64,000 bases of DNA from Bacteroidetes bacterium UBA6063 (lineage in GTDB: Bacteria > Bacteroidota > Bacteroidia > NS11-12g > UBA9320), in NCBI GenBank assembly GCA_002428905.1, contig DIYD01000106.1:5921-69920 (forward strand), written 5' to 3'. The notes under the pieces are model-generated. The model had not been told where the DNA came from and searched no databases. It saw nothing but the letters and a program-made list of their open reading frames with translations. Made by a program: the position numbers and the translations under genes. Shown one piece after another: positions 10,139 through 21,000 of this stretch (the stretch's first letter is position 1; every line of letters starts with the position of its first letter).

Positions 10139-11296
10139 ATGAAACGTGTCGTTGTAGGACTTTCAGGAGGTGTTGATTCATCTGTAGCCGCCGCTCTACT
10201 TGTAGAGCAGGGGTATGATGTTATTGGCGTATTTATGAAGAACTGGCACGACACGGAGTTCACAATCAGCGACGAGTGCCCATGGGAAGAAGACAGTAAA
10301 GATGCTTTGCTGGTTGCTGAAAAACTTGGAATTCCTTTCCAAACGCTGGACCTAAGCGAAACCTATAAAGAACGTATTGTAGACTATATGTTCCGTGAGT
10401 ACGAAGCTGGTCGAACACCAAACCCAGACGTGCTCTGCAACCGGGAAATAAAATTCGACGTTTTCCTGGATGCTGCAATTGCACTGGGTGCGGACTATGT
10501 GGCTACCGGTCATTACTGCCAAAAAAGGACAACCGAAATTGATGGTAAGGAAGTACATCATTTGATCGCTGGAGCCGATAGTAACAAAGATCAAAGTTAT
10601 TTCTTGTGTCAGGTGAATCAGGATCAACTCGCTAAAGCATTGTTCCCTATTGGTCACCTTCAGAAAAGTGAGGTACGGAAGATTGCAGAAGAGAACGATC
10701 TGATTACCGCAGAAAAAAAGGATTCACAAGGCTTGTGCTTTATTGGTAAAGTGCGACTACCCGATTTCTTGCAGCAGCAATTGAAACCTAAAGCAGGAAA
10801 AATTATTGAAATAGCCTCAAATTCAACGATTTATAACAATGGAATTGAAGAGTTTGAACCGGTTATTTACAGTGAACAACAGGGTGAAGTAGTAGGTCAG
10901 CATCAGGGGGCCCATTTCTACACCATTGGTCAACGGAAAGGCCTTGGAGTTGGCGGAAAACTAGAACCATTATTCGTCATTGCTACAGACGTTGATACGA
11001 ACTCGATTTACGTGGGTATGGGTGATAACCACCCTGGTTTGAAACGTCATGGCTTGCGCATTGAACCGGATGATATTCATTGGGTTAGGCCAGATCTTGT
11101 TCTGGCAAATGGTGAACAAATGACCTGTAAGTGTCGTATTCGATACCGTCAACCACTACAAAAGGCGACCCTAACGAAAACCGAACAAGGTTTGTTCATT
11201 CTGTTTGATGAGCCTCAGAAGGCCGTTGCGGCAGGTCAGTTTGCTGCATGGTACATCGATGATGAGCTTATTGGCAGCGGAGTAATCGCATCCTAA
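10139..11296 (+). CDS. mnmA: tRNA-specific 2-thiouridylase
   Basis: [17 protein letters not shown]-loop, [26 protein letters not shown] and GLCFIG. Collinear with E. coli MnmA along its full length. Confidence 0.92.
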   Translation: MKRVVVGLSGGVDSSVAAALLVEQGYDVIGVFMKNWHDTEFTISDECPWEEDSKDALLVAEKLGIPFQTLDLSETYKERIVDYMFREYEAGRTPNPDVLCNREIKFDVFLDAAIALGADYVATGHYCQKRTTEIDGKEVHHLIAGADSNKDQSYFLCQVNQDQLAKALFPIGHLQKSEVRKIAEENDLITAEKKDSQGLCFIGKVRLPDFLQQQLKPKAGKIIEIASNSTIYNNGIEEFEPVIYSEQQGEVVGQHQGAHFYTIGQRKGLGVGGKLEPLFVIATDVDTNSIYVGMGDNHPGLKRHGLRIEPDDIHWVRPDLVLANGEQMTCKCRIRYRQPLQKATLTKTEQGLFILFDEPQKAVAAGQFAAWYIDDELIGSGVIAS

Positions 11297-12123
11297 TTCC
11301 AAACCACACCGAAGCGTATTTCGATTCGGTGATAGATGATTTGTTCCTCGATGATTCCGGGAACCGAGATACCACCCGTATGTACGTTTCCTTCATATCT
11401 CGTTGAAGCCTCTTGCATCTTGTATCCACCACGTAAATACCAGCTTCTTCTGGCATGTTTTTTATTGGTTATACCCACTGCAGGACTGAAAAACAAACCG
11501 CCTTTCACTTCCGGCGTTGGCGTAATCCAACTGTACTCGGAGAAAGCAATCATGCTATAACCTGTATTAAAACTAAAGACAGCCGACCGACCAATAGGTT
11601 TCAACCGATAGCGCCATTCTATACCCAACGGTAGAAAGCCAATGTCGGGCCATAAGTATACGTCAAAGCCGGTAATGGCTCCTATGGAGTGGCCATTGCG
11701 CAACGGTTTGTTCAAGGCAAATTGAGTTGAGAAACCCATTACCGGATCTCCCCAGTAATCGCGTCCAAACGGAGGGCTTATATCAAGCGATGCGAAAATA
11801 CCAGAGTCGCTATATGCTACTGGTTTTCGCTTGTATTTTACCCGTTCGTCTTTATAGGTTTGTTTGACCTGAGCGTTGATAAAATTTAACTCCAATATAT
11901 CTTCCCATAAGATGACCATGGTGTCGCCTATAGGTAAAAGCAGCTCTACCTTTTCCTCGTAAACCATTTCCAACAACTCGCCCTTGATCGTTGGGCCAGA
12001 CTTCAACTCCACCTGTACAAAATGGTTCTTGGTTTGACCAAACGCGTTGAAATGAGCACTGCAAATGAGTACAAAGACAATAATATGAAGGAAACCTGAT
12101 CGTTGAAACGGTATGGAAGACAT
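11293..12123 (-). CDS. Hypothetical exported, possibly outer-membrane, protein
   Basis: Signal peptide [30 protein letters not shown]. Aromatic-rich, beta-strand-like composition; it ends with VVWN and lacks a terminal Phe. The track start at 12126 is TTG; the ATG at 12123 is more likely. Confidence 0.45.
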   Translation of the reverse strand: MSSIPFQRSGFLHIIVFVLICSAHFNAFGQTKNHFVQVELKSGPTIKGELLEMVYEEKVELLLPIGDTMVILWEDILELNFINAQVKQTYKDERVKYKRKPVAYSDSGIFASLDISPPFGRDYWGDPVMGFSTQFALNKPLRNGHSIGAITGFDVYLWPDIGFLPLGIEWRYRLKPIGRSAVFSFNTGYSMIAFSEYSWITPTPEVKGGLFFSPAVGITNKKHARRSWYLRGGYKMQEASTRYEGNVHTGGISVPGIIEEQIIYHRIEIRFGVVWN

Positions 12124-12160
12124 CAACTTTATTAGATTTGATTATTCTTTCGCCGAAATT

Positions 12161-13381
12161 ATGAAAAAGCTTCTTCTTAATGGTGTAATATTTTTGGGGT
12201 TAATCGCCGTGCTAATTGGTTGTCGCTCGGAATGCAAACAAACACTGTACTACACGGCTAATGTTCCGGTTTATGCGTCAAAGGCAAGTATTCGCGATGC
12301 AGTAACCGTTGAGACTAGCCTCGCTGTGGATTCTGTTGCCGAAATGTTAAGCTATAAGGAGACCCTGTTTCTTCGAAACGGTACAGACGGTATTCATGTG
12401 ATTGACAATACTGATCCTTCAAATCCGGATAACCACGCATACATCAAGATTGTTCCATGTTTTGCAATGGAAACCAATGATGATCAACTCTATGTAATTC
12501 AGGGCACCGACCTGGTGGTATTTGATCTAAGCGATGTACGAAATCCTGTGGTGAAACACCGAGTAAATGATTTATACAATAGTGATTTTGCCAAAGGCGA
12601 TTCCTTCGTTGTAGGGTATGAACAACAGGAGGTAGTTAAAGTGCTCAACGATTTTTCATGTTCTGATCAGTTTATCTTCCCCGAAGATGAGGTTATTCGT
12701 GGAGCCATTTCAACACCACACGGACAAATAACTGTACATAAGGATCATATCTATACAGCAGACAATCAATCCGTTGTAACGTTGGCTTTAAACGGAAGTG
12801 CCGCCCCGGGTTTTACGAGCAGAATGGCGGCGTTTAACAATATCCCAGATGCACGATTATACATTTTACTTGATTCCATATTGCTCTTTGGAACCGGATC
12901 AGGTCTTATGGCACTGGACATAACAACCAACCCGGCTTCACCTGTAAACACAGGTGGTTTCTTCCCTGCCGGTGGCTGTAACCCTATAGCTATATGGGAC
13001 TCGTTGACTTTTGCTCCCATGTTTAATGATCTACAGGAAGATGAAAGCTTCTGCTTTTCAAACCCCATGATTAGTGTGGTAGATGTGGTCACCCGTCGAC
13101 CGATTTCAAGAGTTACCGGATACAGTCAGCCGTATTACATGCATTATCATAACAACCGGGTGCTCCTGTGTAATGGATTTGAAGGATTCCGCATATTTGG
13201 TGTTCAAGACCGTATCTTGTTGTCTGACTACATAGACAACTCCGGAGAGTCCAATAATGTACATGCACGACTTGGTATGTTGTTTGGTGAAAACAATGTC
13301 CTTGTCTATGGTAATAACGGCGTATTCCAATACGACATTTCGGATCGGACGATTGTTAAGAAACTGAGTGAAATTAAATAG
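12161..13381 (+). CDS. LVIVD-repeat lipoprotein (beta-propeller-like)
   Basis: Lipoprotein signal MKKLLLNGVIFLGLIAVLIGC. Repeated motifs IHVIDNTDPSNPDNHAY and LVVFDLSDVRNPVV fit the LVIVD repeat signature. I chose the ATG at 12161 because the track start at 12113 overlaps the divergent upstream gene. Confidence 0.55.
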   Translation: MKKLLLNGVIFLGLIAVLIGCRSECKQTLYYTANVPVYASKASIRDAVTVETSLAVDSVAEMLSYKETLFLRNGTDGIHVIDNTDPSNPDNHAYIKIVPCFAMETNDDQLYVIQGTDLVVFDLSDVRNPVVKHRVNDLYNSDFAKGDSFVVGYEQQEVVKVLNDFSCSDQFIFPEDEVIRGAISTPHGQITVHKDHIYTADNQSVVTLALNGSAAPGFTSRMAAFNNIPDARLYILLDSILLFGTGSGLMALDITTNPASPVNTGGFFPAGGCNPIAIWDSLTFAPMFNDLQEDESFCFSNPMISVVDVVTRRPISRVTGYSQPYYMHYHNNRVLLCNGFEGFRIFGVQDRILLSDYIDNSGESNNVHARLGMLFGENNVLVYGNNGVFQYDISDRTIVKKLSEIK

Positions 13382-13607
13382 GAGAAAAAAGGGCGTGAAA
13401 GTTGAAAAATTCCTAAAATAATAGGATTTGGCCCCCAACGCTATCGCAACCTTCCCCCGTTCGGCAAGCCTCTTTCATCGAAATGAATAGGGCCTGGTTT
13501 TGACAGATCGGTTAAGCCGGTAAAGTATAAGTGTTGAATTTTTCAATTATTCTCAACGCCCTGAGTCAAAGGTAGTATTTTTCGCAATTTCAACACGTAA
13601 TTCCACC

Positions 13608-13615
13608 TATTTTTG
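13608..13615 (+). promoter_or_regulatory. Bacteroidetes-type -7 box (TAnnTTTG) upstream of the GT2 gene
   Basis: TATTTTTG 10 nt upstream of the ATG at 13625. No clean -33 TTTG was found. Confidence 0.35.
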
Positions 13616-13624
13616 CGTCTGAAA

Positions 13625-14626
13625 ATGGTCAATCTTAAGGGCAAACATGAAGTTATTAGCATTCTGCTCCCGTTCAAGGATGAAGAGGCCTATATCGAAG
13701 CATGCATACAGTCCATAATAAGTCAAACCGACCCGCATTGGGAATTGGTCATTGTGGATGATCATAGCACGGATGCAAGCCCCCAAATGGTCAACCGTTT
13801 TGCACAAAAAGATGCTCGAATTCGGTATTTCAAGAATGAAGGTAGCGGTGTAATCAATGCACTTCAAACCGCGTTTAAACATTCCACCGGCAGCCTCATA
13901 ACCCGTATGGACGGAGATGACATCAAAACACCGGACAATCTGGAAGAGCTTCGGCAAATCGTTGCTCCCGGATATCTGGCTGTTGGCAAGGTAGAGTATT
14001 TTAGAGAAGATGGACTGGGTGAAGGTTATGCAAACTATGGAAGATGGCTGAACGCCCTAACTGCGGCTTCCATCAATTTTGAATGGGTATACAAAGAATG
14101 CGTAGTGCCGTCACCTTGTTGGCTGGCTTACCGACACGATTTTATGAAAGCAGGAGCCTTTGATTCGGACTTGTACCCGGAAGACTATGATCTCTGCTTT
14201 CGGTTTTATCAATCCGGACTTAGAATCGTTGGAAATCAGCATATTATACATCTTTGGCGTGATTATGCAACACGAACCACACGCACTTCGGAACACTATT
14301 TGGACAACCGCTTTCTGCATCTAAAGGTGCATTACTTTCTTGAAGTAGATTATAATCCCGAGCGTAAATTGGTGCTTTGGGGAGCAGGTAAAAAAGCCAA
14401 GAATATCGCACGGAAACTAGCCGAGCGTAGCATCGCCTTTCAATGGATCACCGACAACCCGAAAAAGATCGGCCATAAAATATATGGTACTGTGCTTGAA
14501 GACAGCAAAGCGTTTGACCTCAACTTAAATCATGATATCATTATTGGGGTGAGCGATCCGAAAGGCCAGGAAGAGATTAAGCGGCAGACACTCAACACAA
14601 ATGCCAACCTGTATTGGTTCTGCTAA
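13625..14626 (+). CDS. Family 2 glycosyltransferase
   Basis: ISILLPFKDEEAYIEACIQSIISQTDPHWELVIVDDHSTD and RMDGDD are GT-A/GT2 signatures. The track start at 13613 is TTG; the ATG at 13625 lies 10 nt after a TAnnTTTG box. Confidence 0.75.
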   Translation: MVNLKGKHEVISILLPFKDEEAYIEACIQSIISQTDPHWELVIVDDHSTDASPQMVNRFAQKDARIRYFKNEGSGVINALQTAFKHSTGSLITRMDGDDIKTPDNLEELRQIVAPGYLAVGKVEYFREDGLGEGYANYGRWLNALTAASINFEWVYKECVVPSPCWLAYRHDFMKAGAFDSDLYPEDYDLCFRFYQSGLRIVGNQHIIHLWRDYATRTTRTSEHYLDNRFLHLKVHYFLEVDYNPERKLVLWGAGKKAKNIARKLAERSIAFQWITDNPKKIGHKIYGTVLEDSKAFDLNLNHDIIIGVSDPKGQEEIKRQTLNTNANLYWFC

Positions 14627-15855
14627 GCCAGTTCGAACAGGGTGATTTCTGGCCATATCCCAAATCGGCCCGGGAAACCTAAATAACCAAAACCGCGGTT
14701 TACATACAGTTTTTGATTGCCCTCTTCATATAACCCAGCCCACTCGGGATACATATATTTCACAGGACTCCATTTAAAGCCGGCCGTTTCAATACCGAAT
14801 TGCATACCATGTGTATGTCCGCTAAACGTAGCATCCACCTGTGGAAAGTCCGTTAACACCTGTGCTCGCCAATGACTTGGATCGTGCGATAATAACAGGG
14901 TCGGCCATTTTTCTTCCACCCCATCAATTGCCTTTGGCAGGTCGCCATACCGACTAAAGCGCATTTTAGCCCCCCAGTTTTCGATTCCGACAATAGCCAG
15001 CTTCTCTCCATCCTTTTCCAGGATTCTATTTTCGTTCAACAGTAAATCCCAACCAAGCGCTTTGTGCACATTCTCGATCTTTTTGATGTTACCCGGCAGA
15101 TCTTCAGGTGTAAAACCAGCCACATATTCGCCATAGTCATGGTTGCCCATAATTGAATAGACCCCCATTGGTGCTTTGATCTGTTTGAACACATCAATGT
15201 AGTCATCCATTTCCGAGGCCTCATTGTTTACGATATCTCCGGTAAAGAACACCATATCAGCCTGTTGAGCATTGATCATATCGATGCCCTTTTGCACTGC
15301 TTTCTTGCTCCAGAAACTTCCGCTATGAATATCACTGATCTGAACAATTTTTAAGCCTTTGAATGCATCTGGTAAATTAGCAATCGTTAGTTTCTGCCTA
15401 ATCACCTGGTATTGATGCGAACCGCGTACAACACCATACGTAAGAGCAGCACCAAAACCAGTTGCTGCAAAAGCACCTGTCTTCACAAGAAACGACTTCC
15501 GAGAAATACCTCCGGCAGTTTCAGGTCCTTTGTTCGAGGTTATGGCAGATCCTATCCATTGAATACCGCGAACGATGTCATCAATGCCAAGGAATAACGC
15601 CCAAAGGATTTGGACAACAAAAAAGATGAAGAAGAAACTCATGGTTGCCTTCGTCCAAAAAGCAACCGGTGTTACCCGAAAACGCGTCATGGAATAAGCA
15701 AGTGCCCCATACGACAAGGCTACAATCACCCAGTATAGGATTTTTAAACCTAAGGCCGTTCTGGACTCCAGGTTTTGAAGCAATACCTTGTACCCACCAT
15801 AGACATACAGGTTGAGTAAAAAGACTATGCCAAGAAATATCAGTAACCGCTTCAT
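14623..15855 (-). CDS. Membrane-anchored metallophosphoesterase (calcineurin-like)
   Basis: N-terminal transmembrane helices followed by DIHSG, GDIVNN, GNHDY and GHTHG metallophosphatase motifs. The track start at 15894 is TTG; the ATG at 15855 (MKRLLIFLGIV) is preferred. Confidence 0.7.
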   Translation of the reverse strand: MKRLLIFLGIVFLLNLYVYGGYKVLLQNLESRTALGLKILYWVIVALSYGALAYSMTRFRVTPVAFWTKATMSFFFIFFVVQILWALFLGIDDIVRGIQWIGSAITSNKGPETAGGISRKSFLVKTGAFAATGFGAALTYGVVRGSHQYQVIRQKLTIANLPDAFKGLKIVQISDIHSGSFWSKKAVQKGIDMINAQQADMVFFTGDIVNNEASEMDDYIDVFKQIKAPMGVYSIMGNHDYGEYVAGFTPEDLPGNIKKIENVHKALGWDLLLNENRILEKDGEKLAIVGIENWGAKMRFSRYGDLPKAIDGVEEKWPTLLLSHDPSHWRAQVLTDFPQVDATFSGHTHGMQFGIETAGFKWSPVKYMYPEWAGLYEEGNQKLYVNRGFGYLGFPGRFGIWPEITLFELA

Positions 15856-15997
15856 AATGCCGTGGTGGGTAAAAATTTCATGCAAATAAGACAATTAGAG
15901 CCGACAATGGTTTTAAATCACTGCCAGAATCTTGTTTTACCCGACGAAGGAAAACAAAATCAAACCTATTCCGTTACCAATTAATTGTATATACATC

Positions 15998-16005
15998 TAT
16001 TTTTG
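15998..16005 (+). promoter_or_regulatory. Bacteroidetes-type -7 box upstream of the MarR gene
   Basis: TATTTTTG 5 nt before the ATG at 16010, which implies a near-leaderless transcript. Confidence 0.3.
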
Positions 16006-16009
16006 TATT

Positions 16010-16462
16010 ATGTCGTTAGAAACGGATATTAAACAGGAAAAATTCAGTTCGGAGTACTCGAAATTGGTCATCAACATTGCGTATACCAATGCCTATCTGG
16101 GTACTATTTTCGCCGGTACACTCAAGCCGTATGACCTATCTATGCAACAGTTTAATGTACTGCGCATTTTGCGAGGCCAACACCCTAAACCGGTGTCTAT
16201 CAACAACATAACCGATCGAATGATTGATAAGATGAGCAATGCATCGCGTTTGGTAGAGAAATTGCGTAAGAAATCACTAGTTGAGCGAAAGAAATGTGAG
16301 TTCGACGGTCGTCAGGTAGATGTTTGTATCACGACCAAAGGCCTGGATGTTCTCGCAGAACTGGACGGTATAATGAATGATTACGATAAACAATTTCATC
16401 ATTTGCCAGAAGATGAAGCCAAAGCAGCCAATGATATTTTAGACAAATTAAGAAACAAGTAA
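16010..16462 (+). CDS. MarR-family transcriptional regulator
   Basis: A winged-helix region (LSMQQFNVLRILRGQHPKPVSINNITDRMIDKMSNASRLVEKLRKKSLVERKK...DGRQVDVCITTKGLDVL) typical of MarR. I chose the ATG at 16010, immediately after a TAnnTTTG box. Confidence 0.7.
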   Translation: MSLETDIKQEKFSSEYSKLVINIAYTNAYLGTIFAGTLKPYDLSMQQFNVLRILRGQHPKPVSINNITDRMIDKMSNASRLVEKLRKKSLVERKKCEFDGRQVDVCITTKGLDVLAELDGIMNDYDKQFHHLPEDEAKAANDILDKLRNK

Positions 16463-16475
16463 TAAAAGATTTAGT

Positions 16476-17063
16476 ATGAATAAGACATTGAAATCATTAA
16501 CTGTAATTGGATTAACTGCCATAAGTTTGATGAGTTTTACTGCTGCGGTGACATCCGAAAACTTCACCGCTGTAAAAGAGAAAACAAAGATTGAGTGGAC
16601 AGGCCGAAAGGTAGGAGGTGAGCACGAGGGGATCGTTAAACTGAAAAGTGGTGATGTAACCCTGGACGGCGACATCATAACTTCAGGAACACTGGTTATG
16701 GATATGACAACCATCAAGCCTACCGATACCGAAAGCAAGAAGTTAACAAACCACATTAAAGGAGAGGACTTCTTCAACGTTAAGGCTTTCCCCGAAAGCA
16801 AATTGGTGATCACAGGTAGCAAAGCGATGAAAGACGGCAAACTGGAAGTTACCGGTAAAATGACCATCCTTGGAAAAACGAATGACATCACGTTTATGGC
16901 GACGAACACCGGGAAAACAGAAAATTACCGCATTTACGCAACCAATATTTCAATCGACCGTACGAAGTATGGAATTACCTATAAATCCAGCATCTTAGGC
17001 GATGCAACGATTAAGGACAACTTCGACATCAAAGTGAAATTGGTGCTGAAAAAATCCGAATAG
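16476..17063 (+). CDS. YceI-like polyisoprenoid-binding periplasmic protein
   Basis: Signal peptide plus the YceI-like pattern KIEWTGRKVGGEHEGIVKLKSGDVTLD...MDMTTIKPTDTESKKLTNHIKGEDFFNVKAFPESK. A rho-independent terminator follows. Confidence 0.65.
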   Translation: MNKTLKSLTVIGLTAISLMSFTAAVTSENFTAVKEKTKIEWTGRKVGGEHEGIVKLKSGDVTLDGDIITSGTLVMDMTTIKPTDTESKKLTNHIKGEDFFNVKAFPESKLVITGSKAMKDGKLEVTGKMTILGKTNDITFMATNTGKTENYRIYATNISIDRTKYGITYKSSILGDATIKDNFDIKVKLVLKKSE

Positions 17064-17085
17064 CAAGAAACAAGATTTGGTATAA

Positions 17086-17130
17086 ACCAGCCCTGTCCCG
17101 ATGATTATCGGTATCGGGGCTGGTTTTTTT
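17086..17130 (+). terminator. Rho-independent terminator after the YceI-like gene
   Basis: CCAGCCC...GGGGCTGG hairpin followed by TTTTTTT. Confidence 0.7.
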
Positions 17131-17247
17131 GTTTATACAAAGTTGTACCTTTGTGTTGAACAAATGCAACGCACAACAGTGATGCATGTACTATTAACCA
17201 ACTACTACCAATCACTCCGTATTTTTCAAAACATTACTGCAACGTGC

Positions 17248-17257
17248 ACATGCATGT
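17248..17257 (+). promoter_or_regulatory. 10-bp perfect palindrome ACATGCATGT (candidate operator) 37 nt upstream of the metallophosphoesterase gene
   Basis: The palindrome ends an imperfect direct repeat, TGCAACG(c/t)..CA..ATGCATGTA, found at about 17166-17190 and 17238-17258. Confidence 0.35.
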
Positions 17258-17293
17258 ATAATTTCAATTTATAAACAATAATAAAACTACACT

Positions 17294-17857
17294 ATGAGTA
17301 CGATTTATTTTACCTCAGACCATCATTTTGGTCATGACAACATTATTAAATTTTGTGAACGTCCGTTTAAGACCGTGGAAGAAATGAACGAAGTCTTAAT
17401 AGCACGTTGGAACGAGAAAATAAAACCAAACGACGAAGTATATCACCTTGGTGATTTCGGTATGACACGTGACTACCAGCTTATTTCGGATATTCTGGAT
17501 CGCCTTAATGGGAGAAAATATCTGATTGTAGGTAACCACGAATCTTCTGCACTCAAGAACCGCCATAAGTTTCAATGGGTAAAGGATTACCACGAACTAA
17601 AGGTTAAAGATTCGGATTGCAAGAATGGCAACCAACGCATCATTCTTTTTCACTATGCCATGAAGGTATGGCGGAGTTCTTTTCGAGGCACATGGCATTT
17701 ATACGGCCACAGTCACGGGAGTTTGCCAGATGATAAACACAGCCTCTCGTTTGACATTGGTGTAGACTGCCACAATTTCTACCCGCTGTCGTATCAGGAA
17801 GTCAAAGCCATCATGAAAACCAAAGAGTGGACGCCACCTTTTGGCCATGAGGTGTAG
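17294..17857 (+). CDS. Small cytoplasmic metallophosphoesterase (Ser/Thr-phosphatase-like)
   Basis: YFTSDHHFGHDNIIKFCERPFKTVEEMNEVLIARWN, VYHLGDFG, GNHE and GHSHG motifs. No signal peptide. The gene is monocistronic, with long noncoding flanks on both sides. Confidence 0.7.
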   Translation: MSTIYFTSDHHFGHDNIIKFCERPFKTVEEMNEVLIARWNEKIKPNDEVYHLGDFGMTRDYQLISDILDRLNGRKYLIVGNHESSALKNRHKFQWVKDYHELKVKDSDCKNGNQRIILFHYAMKVWRSSFRGTWHLYGHSHGSLPDDKHSLSFDIGVDCHNFYPLSYQEVKAIMKTKEWTPPFGHEV

Positions 17858-18077
17858 CGGTTTAATCGCCGAATTCATCATCCGATCAGGTACAATAGCA
17901 TGTTCTTGTGCCTAAAACTACCATGTCAAACCTCACATAAATCCCACTTCGTCCCAATTTTCTGAAATTCATCAACAAAAATGCGCATTGGTCAAAAAAA
18001 TAATGGCTGTCGTGGATAGATAGCTACACTTCGCACATTCCTACTCCGTTAGGACCACCCACCAATGTAACAGCATT

Positions 18078-21000
18078 ATGATCAACAGACCCAACCTGCG
18101 ATTATGCCATTCAACGTGGTCGTTCGCAACCATTCTTATTCTTCTCGTTTGTACCAAGTCGTTCGGCCAGAAGCAAGCAAATATTTGGTACTTCGGTGAT
18201 AAGGCTGGCCTTGATTTTAATCATACCCCACCTAAAGCCCTGTTAAATAGTGAAATGAAATCATACAATGGCTCCGCCAGCATAGCCGACGTCCATGGTC
18301 AATTGTTGTTTTATACAAACGGCAGTACCGTGTATGATAAAAGACACGAGATTATGGAAAATGGTACCGGTTTATATGGATATGGTTCATCAGGCGCTTA
18401 TAGAGATTCCAATACCTGGGGTCAATCTGCAGTGATCGTGCCAAGGCCGGGCTTCATAAATCGATATTACATTTTTACCGTTGGTGGCCGAGGTGCACAT
18501 TACAGCGAAGTAGACCTTTCAAGAAATAACGGGAATGGTTCAATCGTAAGCAAAAATCAACCTCTTATTAGTCGGATGGGTTACCGCTTTAGAACCATTG
18601 GTGCAACGTCTCATTCCAATCGTCGTGATTATTGGGTGTGTTACCTCGACAAAGACTCTGTGATTAAGTCGTTTCTGGTGAATTCTCAAGGAGTCCAACA
18701 CAACCCTGTAATAAGCACACTCAACGACCTGTTATATCGAGCTCTTACTACAAGCTACATGAAATTTACCTCTGATAACCGCCTGGTGGCCTATCATCTA
18801 TGGACATACCATGGTAGTAATAGAGGTGTCAACCTCCATCACTTTGATGATAAAACGGGTAAATTCTCTAAAGGTTTTAGGCTTAAATTATGGTCTTCCT
18901 TCGGTGGTTTAGAATTTTCTCCCAACTCAAACTATTTATACATTGGTAGTTTTCAATATGATGTTTCTACGTTTGACTCCCAGTTGGTGATGCAATCTGG
19001 AAAGAATATCTTTCACGACTATTGGCGTCACCGGGGACACCCGTACGCCACTGCAACAAATAGTTCCACAAAGCAGCTGGGTCCTGACGGTAAAATTTAT
19101 TTTACTTTTAATTGTGGCTCTTGTACTCGGATATCATACCTTGCAAATCCAAATGAACGCGTACCGGACTGTGGCTCTCTGTATGCGGATACCATTAATC
19201 TAACAAGATATGCTTGGCGGAACTTTCCTACTTTCCTGCAGACCTACATAAACCCCTTCTTTTATGTTAAAGGAACCTGCCTGGGAGATACGGCATGGTT
19301 CATGGTCTCTGAGACCGAAGGACTCGATTCGCTAACCTGGCATTTCGGGGACTCCACATCCATTACGCGAACAGCGTTGGATACCATAATACAGGGTCAT
19401 GTTTATAAGAAAGCCGGTATATATGACATCAAGACAATTTATCATTTCAAGGACAACTCGGATACCGCAATTAATAATGTGGTTATTCGTGATTACCTGG
19501 CAACAGGTAACTTTTTAGGAGACGACCTGGATAAATGTAGAGGAGATAGTCTTCAGCTTAATGTAGATCATTGGACTTTTGAGCGCTATCAGTGGAGCAC
19601 GGGAGACACAAGCAAAAACATCGTCGTAGACAGCCCTGGTCTATACTGGATTCGACTATTCCCGGAAAATAAGTGCTTTTATACGGATACCATTCGTATT
19701 ACAGACTACCCAAACGACGAAATACCAGATGGATTACACCTCGCCGAAGATCTAAATAAGTGTTCGTATGATACCATTGATCTTATTCCTCAAGAGTCGT
19801 TTAAACGCTACCGATGGAGTACCGGTGATACAACGGCATATGTACAAACAACGGACTCCGGAACATTTGTGTTAACAGGCTACAATCATAACAGATGTTT
19901 TTCGAAAGACACTATTCACATCGGTTGGTTCCCTGACGCACATCCCAATCTTGGTCCCGACTCCAATTATTGTTCCTCCGTAGTTACCCGGGTGAGGGTT
20001 GGAGACCTAAATGTGCCTTTTGACACATATTTCTGGAATACCGGTTCTAACGATCCATTCATTCACACCGATACCTCAGGGGAGTACGTTCTAAAGGTTT
20101 CAAATGAGTTTGGATGTGTAGGTCTTGACACGGTACAAGTATCTTTCGTCTCCAGGGCTCCCGAAATACGTTTAGGTGACAACAGACAGTTTTGCGACTC
20201 ACTTCCACAAGACAGTTTCTTAACTGTTGAAAACACAGGTGGCAAGGCATCGTATGGCTGGCATGACCACAGTACAGACTCAAGTAGGTTATTTGATGGC
20301 ACCGGCCTCTACAAAGTATACGCCTGGAATGGGTGTGGGATAACCTCTGACTCCGTTTTCATCCGTCTTCTGAAAAAACCGGAAGTTTCCTTTGAGTCGA
20401 GCCTCGATTCAATTTTCTGTGACACCGTATTGTTCACGCTAAAACCAAATGTTCAAGGCGACTCCCTCGGTTATTATTGGAATACTGGAGATTCAACTCC
20501 AAATCTATTTGTTGACGAGCCAGGTGTTTATCAGGTTAACGCATTTAATCTGTGTGGAATTGACTCTGCTCGTATGCAACTTCAATTGGTTCGCACTCCG
20601 CTCACCAACGATATACCAGATACTGCGCTTTGCACGCCCTTGAATCACATGATTGGTGTACAACTGGATTCTTTTAGCACCATTCGCTGGTACCACAATG
20701 GTTTGAATATTGCCGATTCAGATTCCGTATCGATAACATCCAGTGGTGTTTATACTTATCATATTGAGAATTATTGTGGGGCTTACAGAGATACGCTAAA
20801 TGTACGTGAAATCGATATTCCTTCAGTCCAACTTGGCCCCGATATAGATTCGTGCGACAGTTTAAGTGTTGTACTACAAGTAGGAGATTCTACCAATAAC
20901 GAAAACTACCAATGGTCTACGTCTCACACAAGTTCTACCATCAATATTACGCAACCAGGAACGTATTGGGTAAGGGCGTCCAATACATGTGGTACCGACA

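Noticed and set aside
12113-12160. The track start of the LVIVD lipoprotein gene at 12113, which overlaps the divergent gene 11293-12126.
   Set aside because: A lipoprotein signal peptide (MKKLLL...LIGC) begins at the downstream ATG at 12161, and overlapping divergent starts are implausible.
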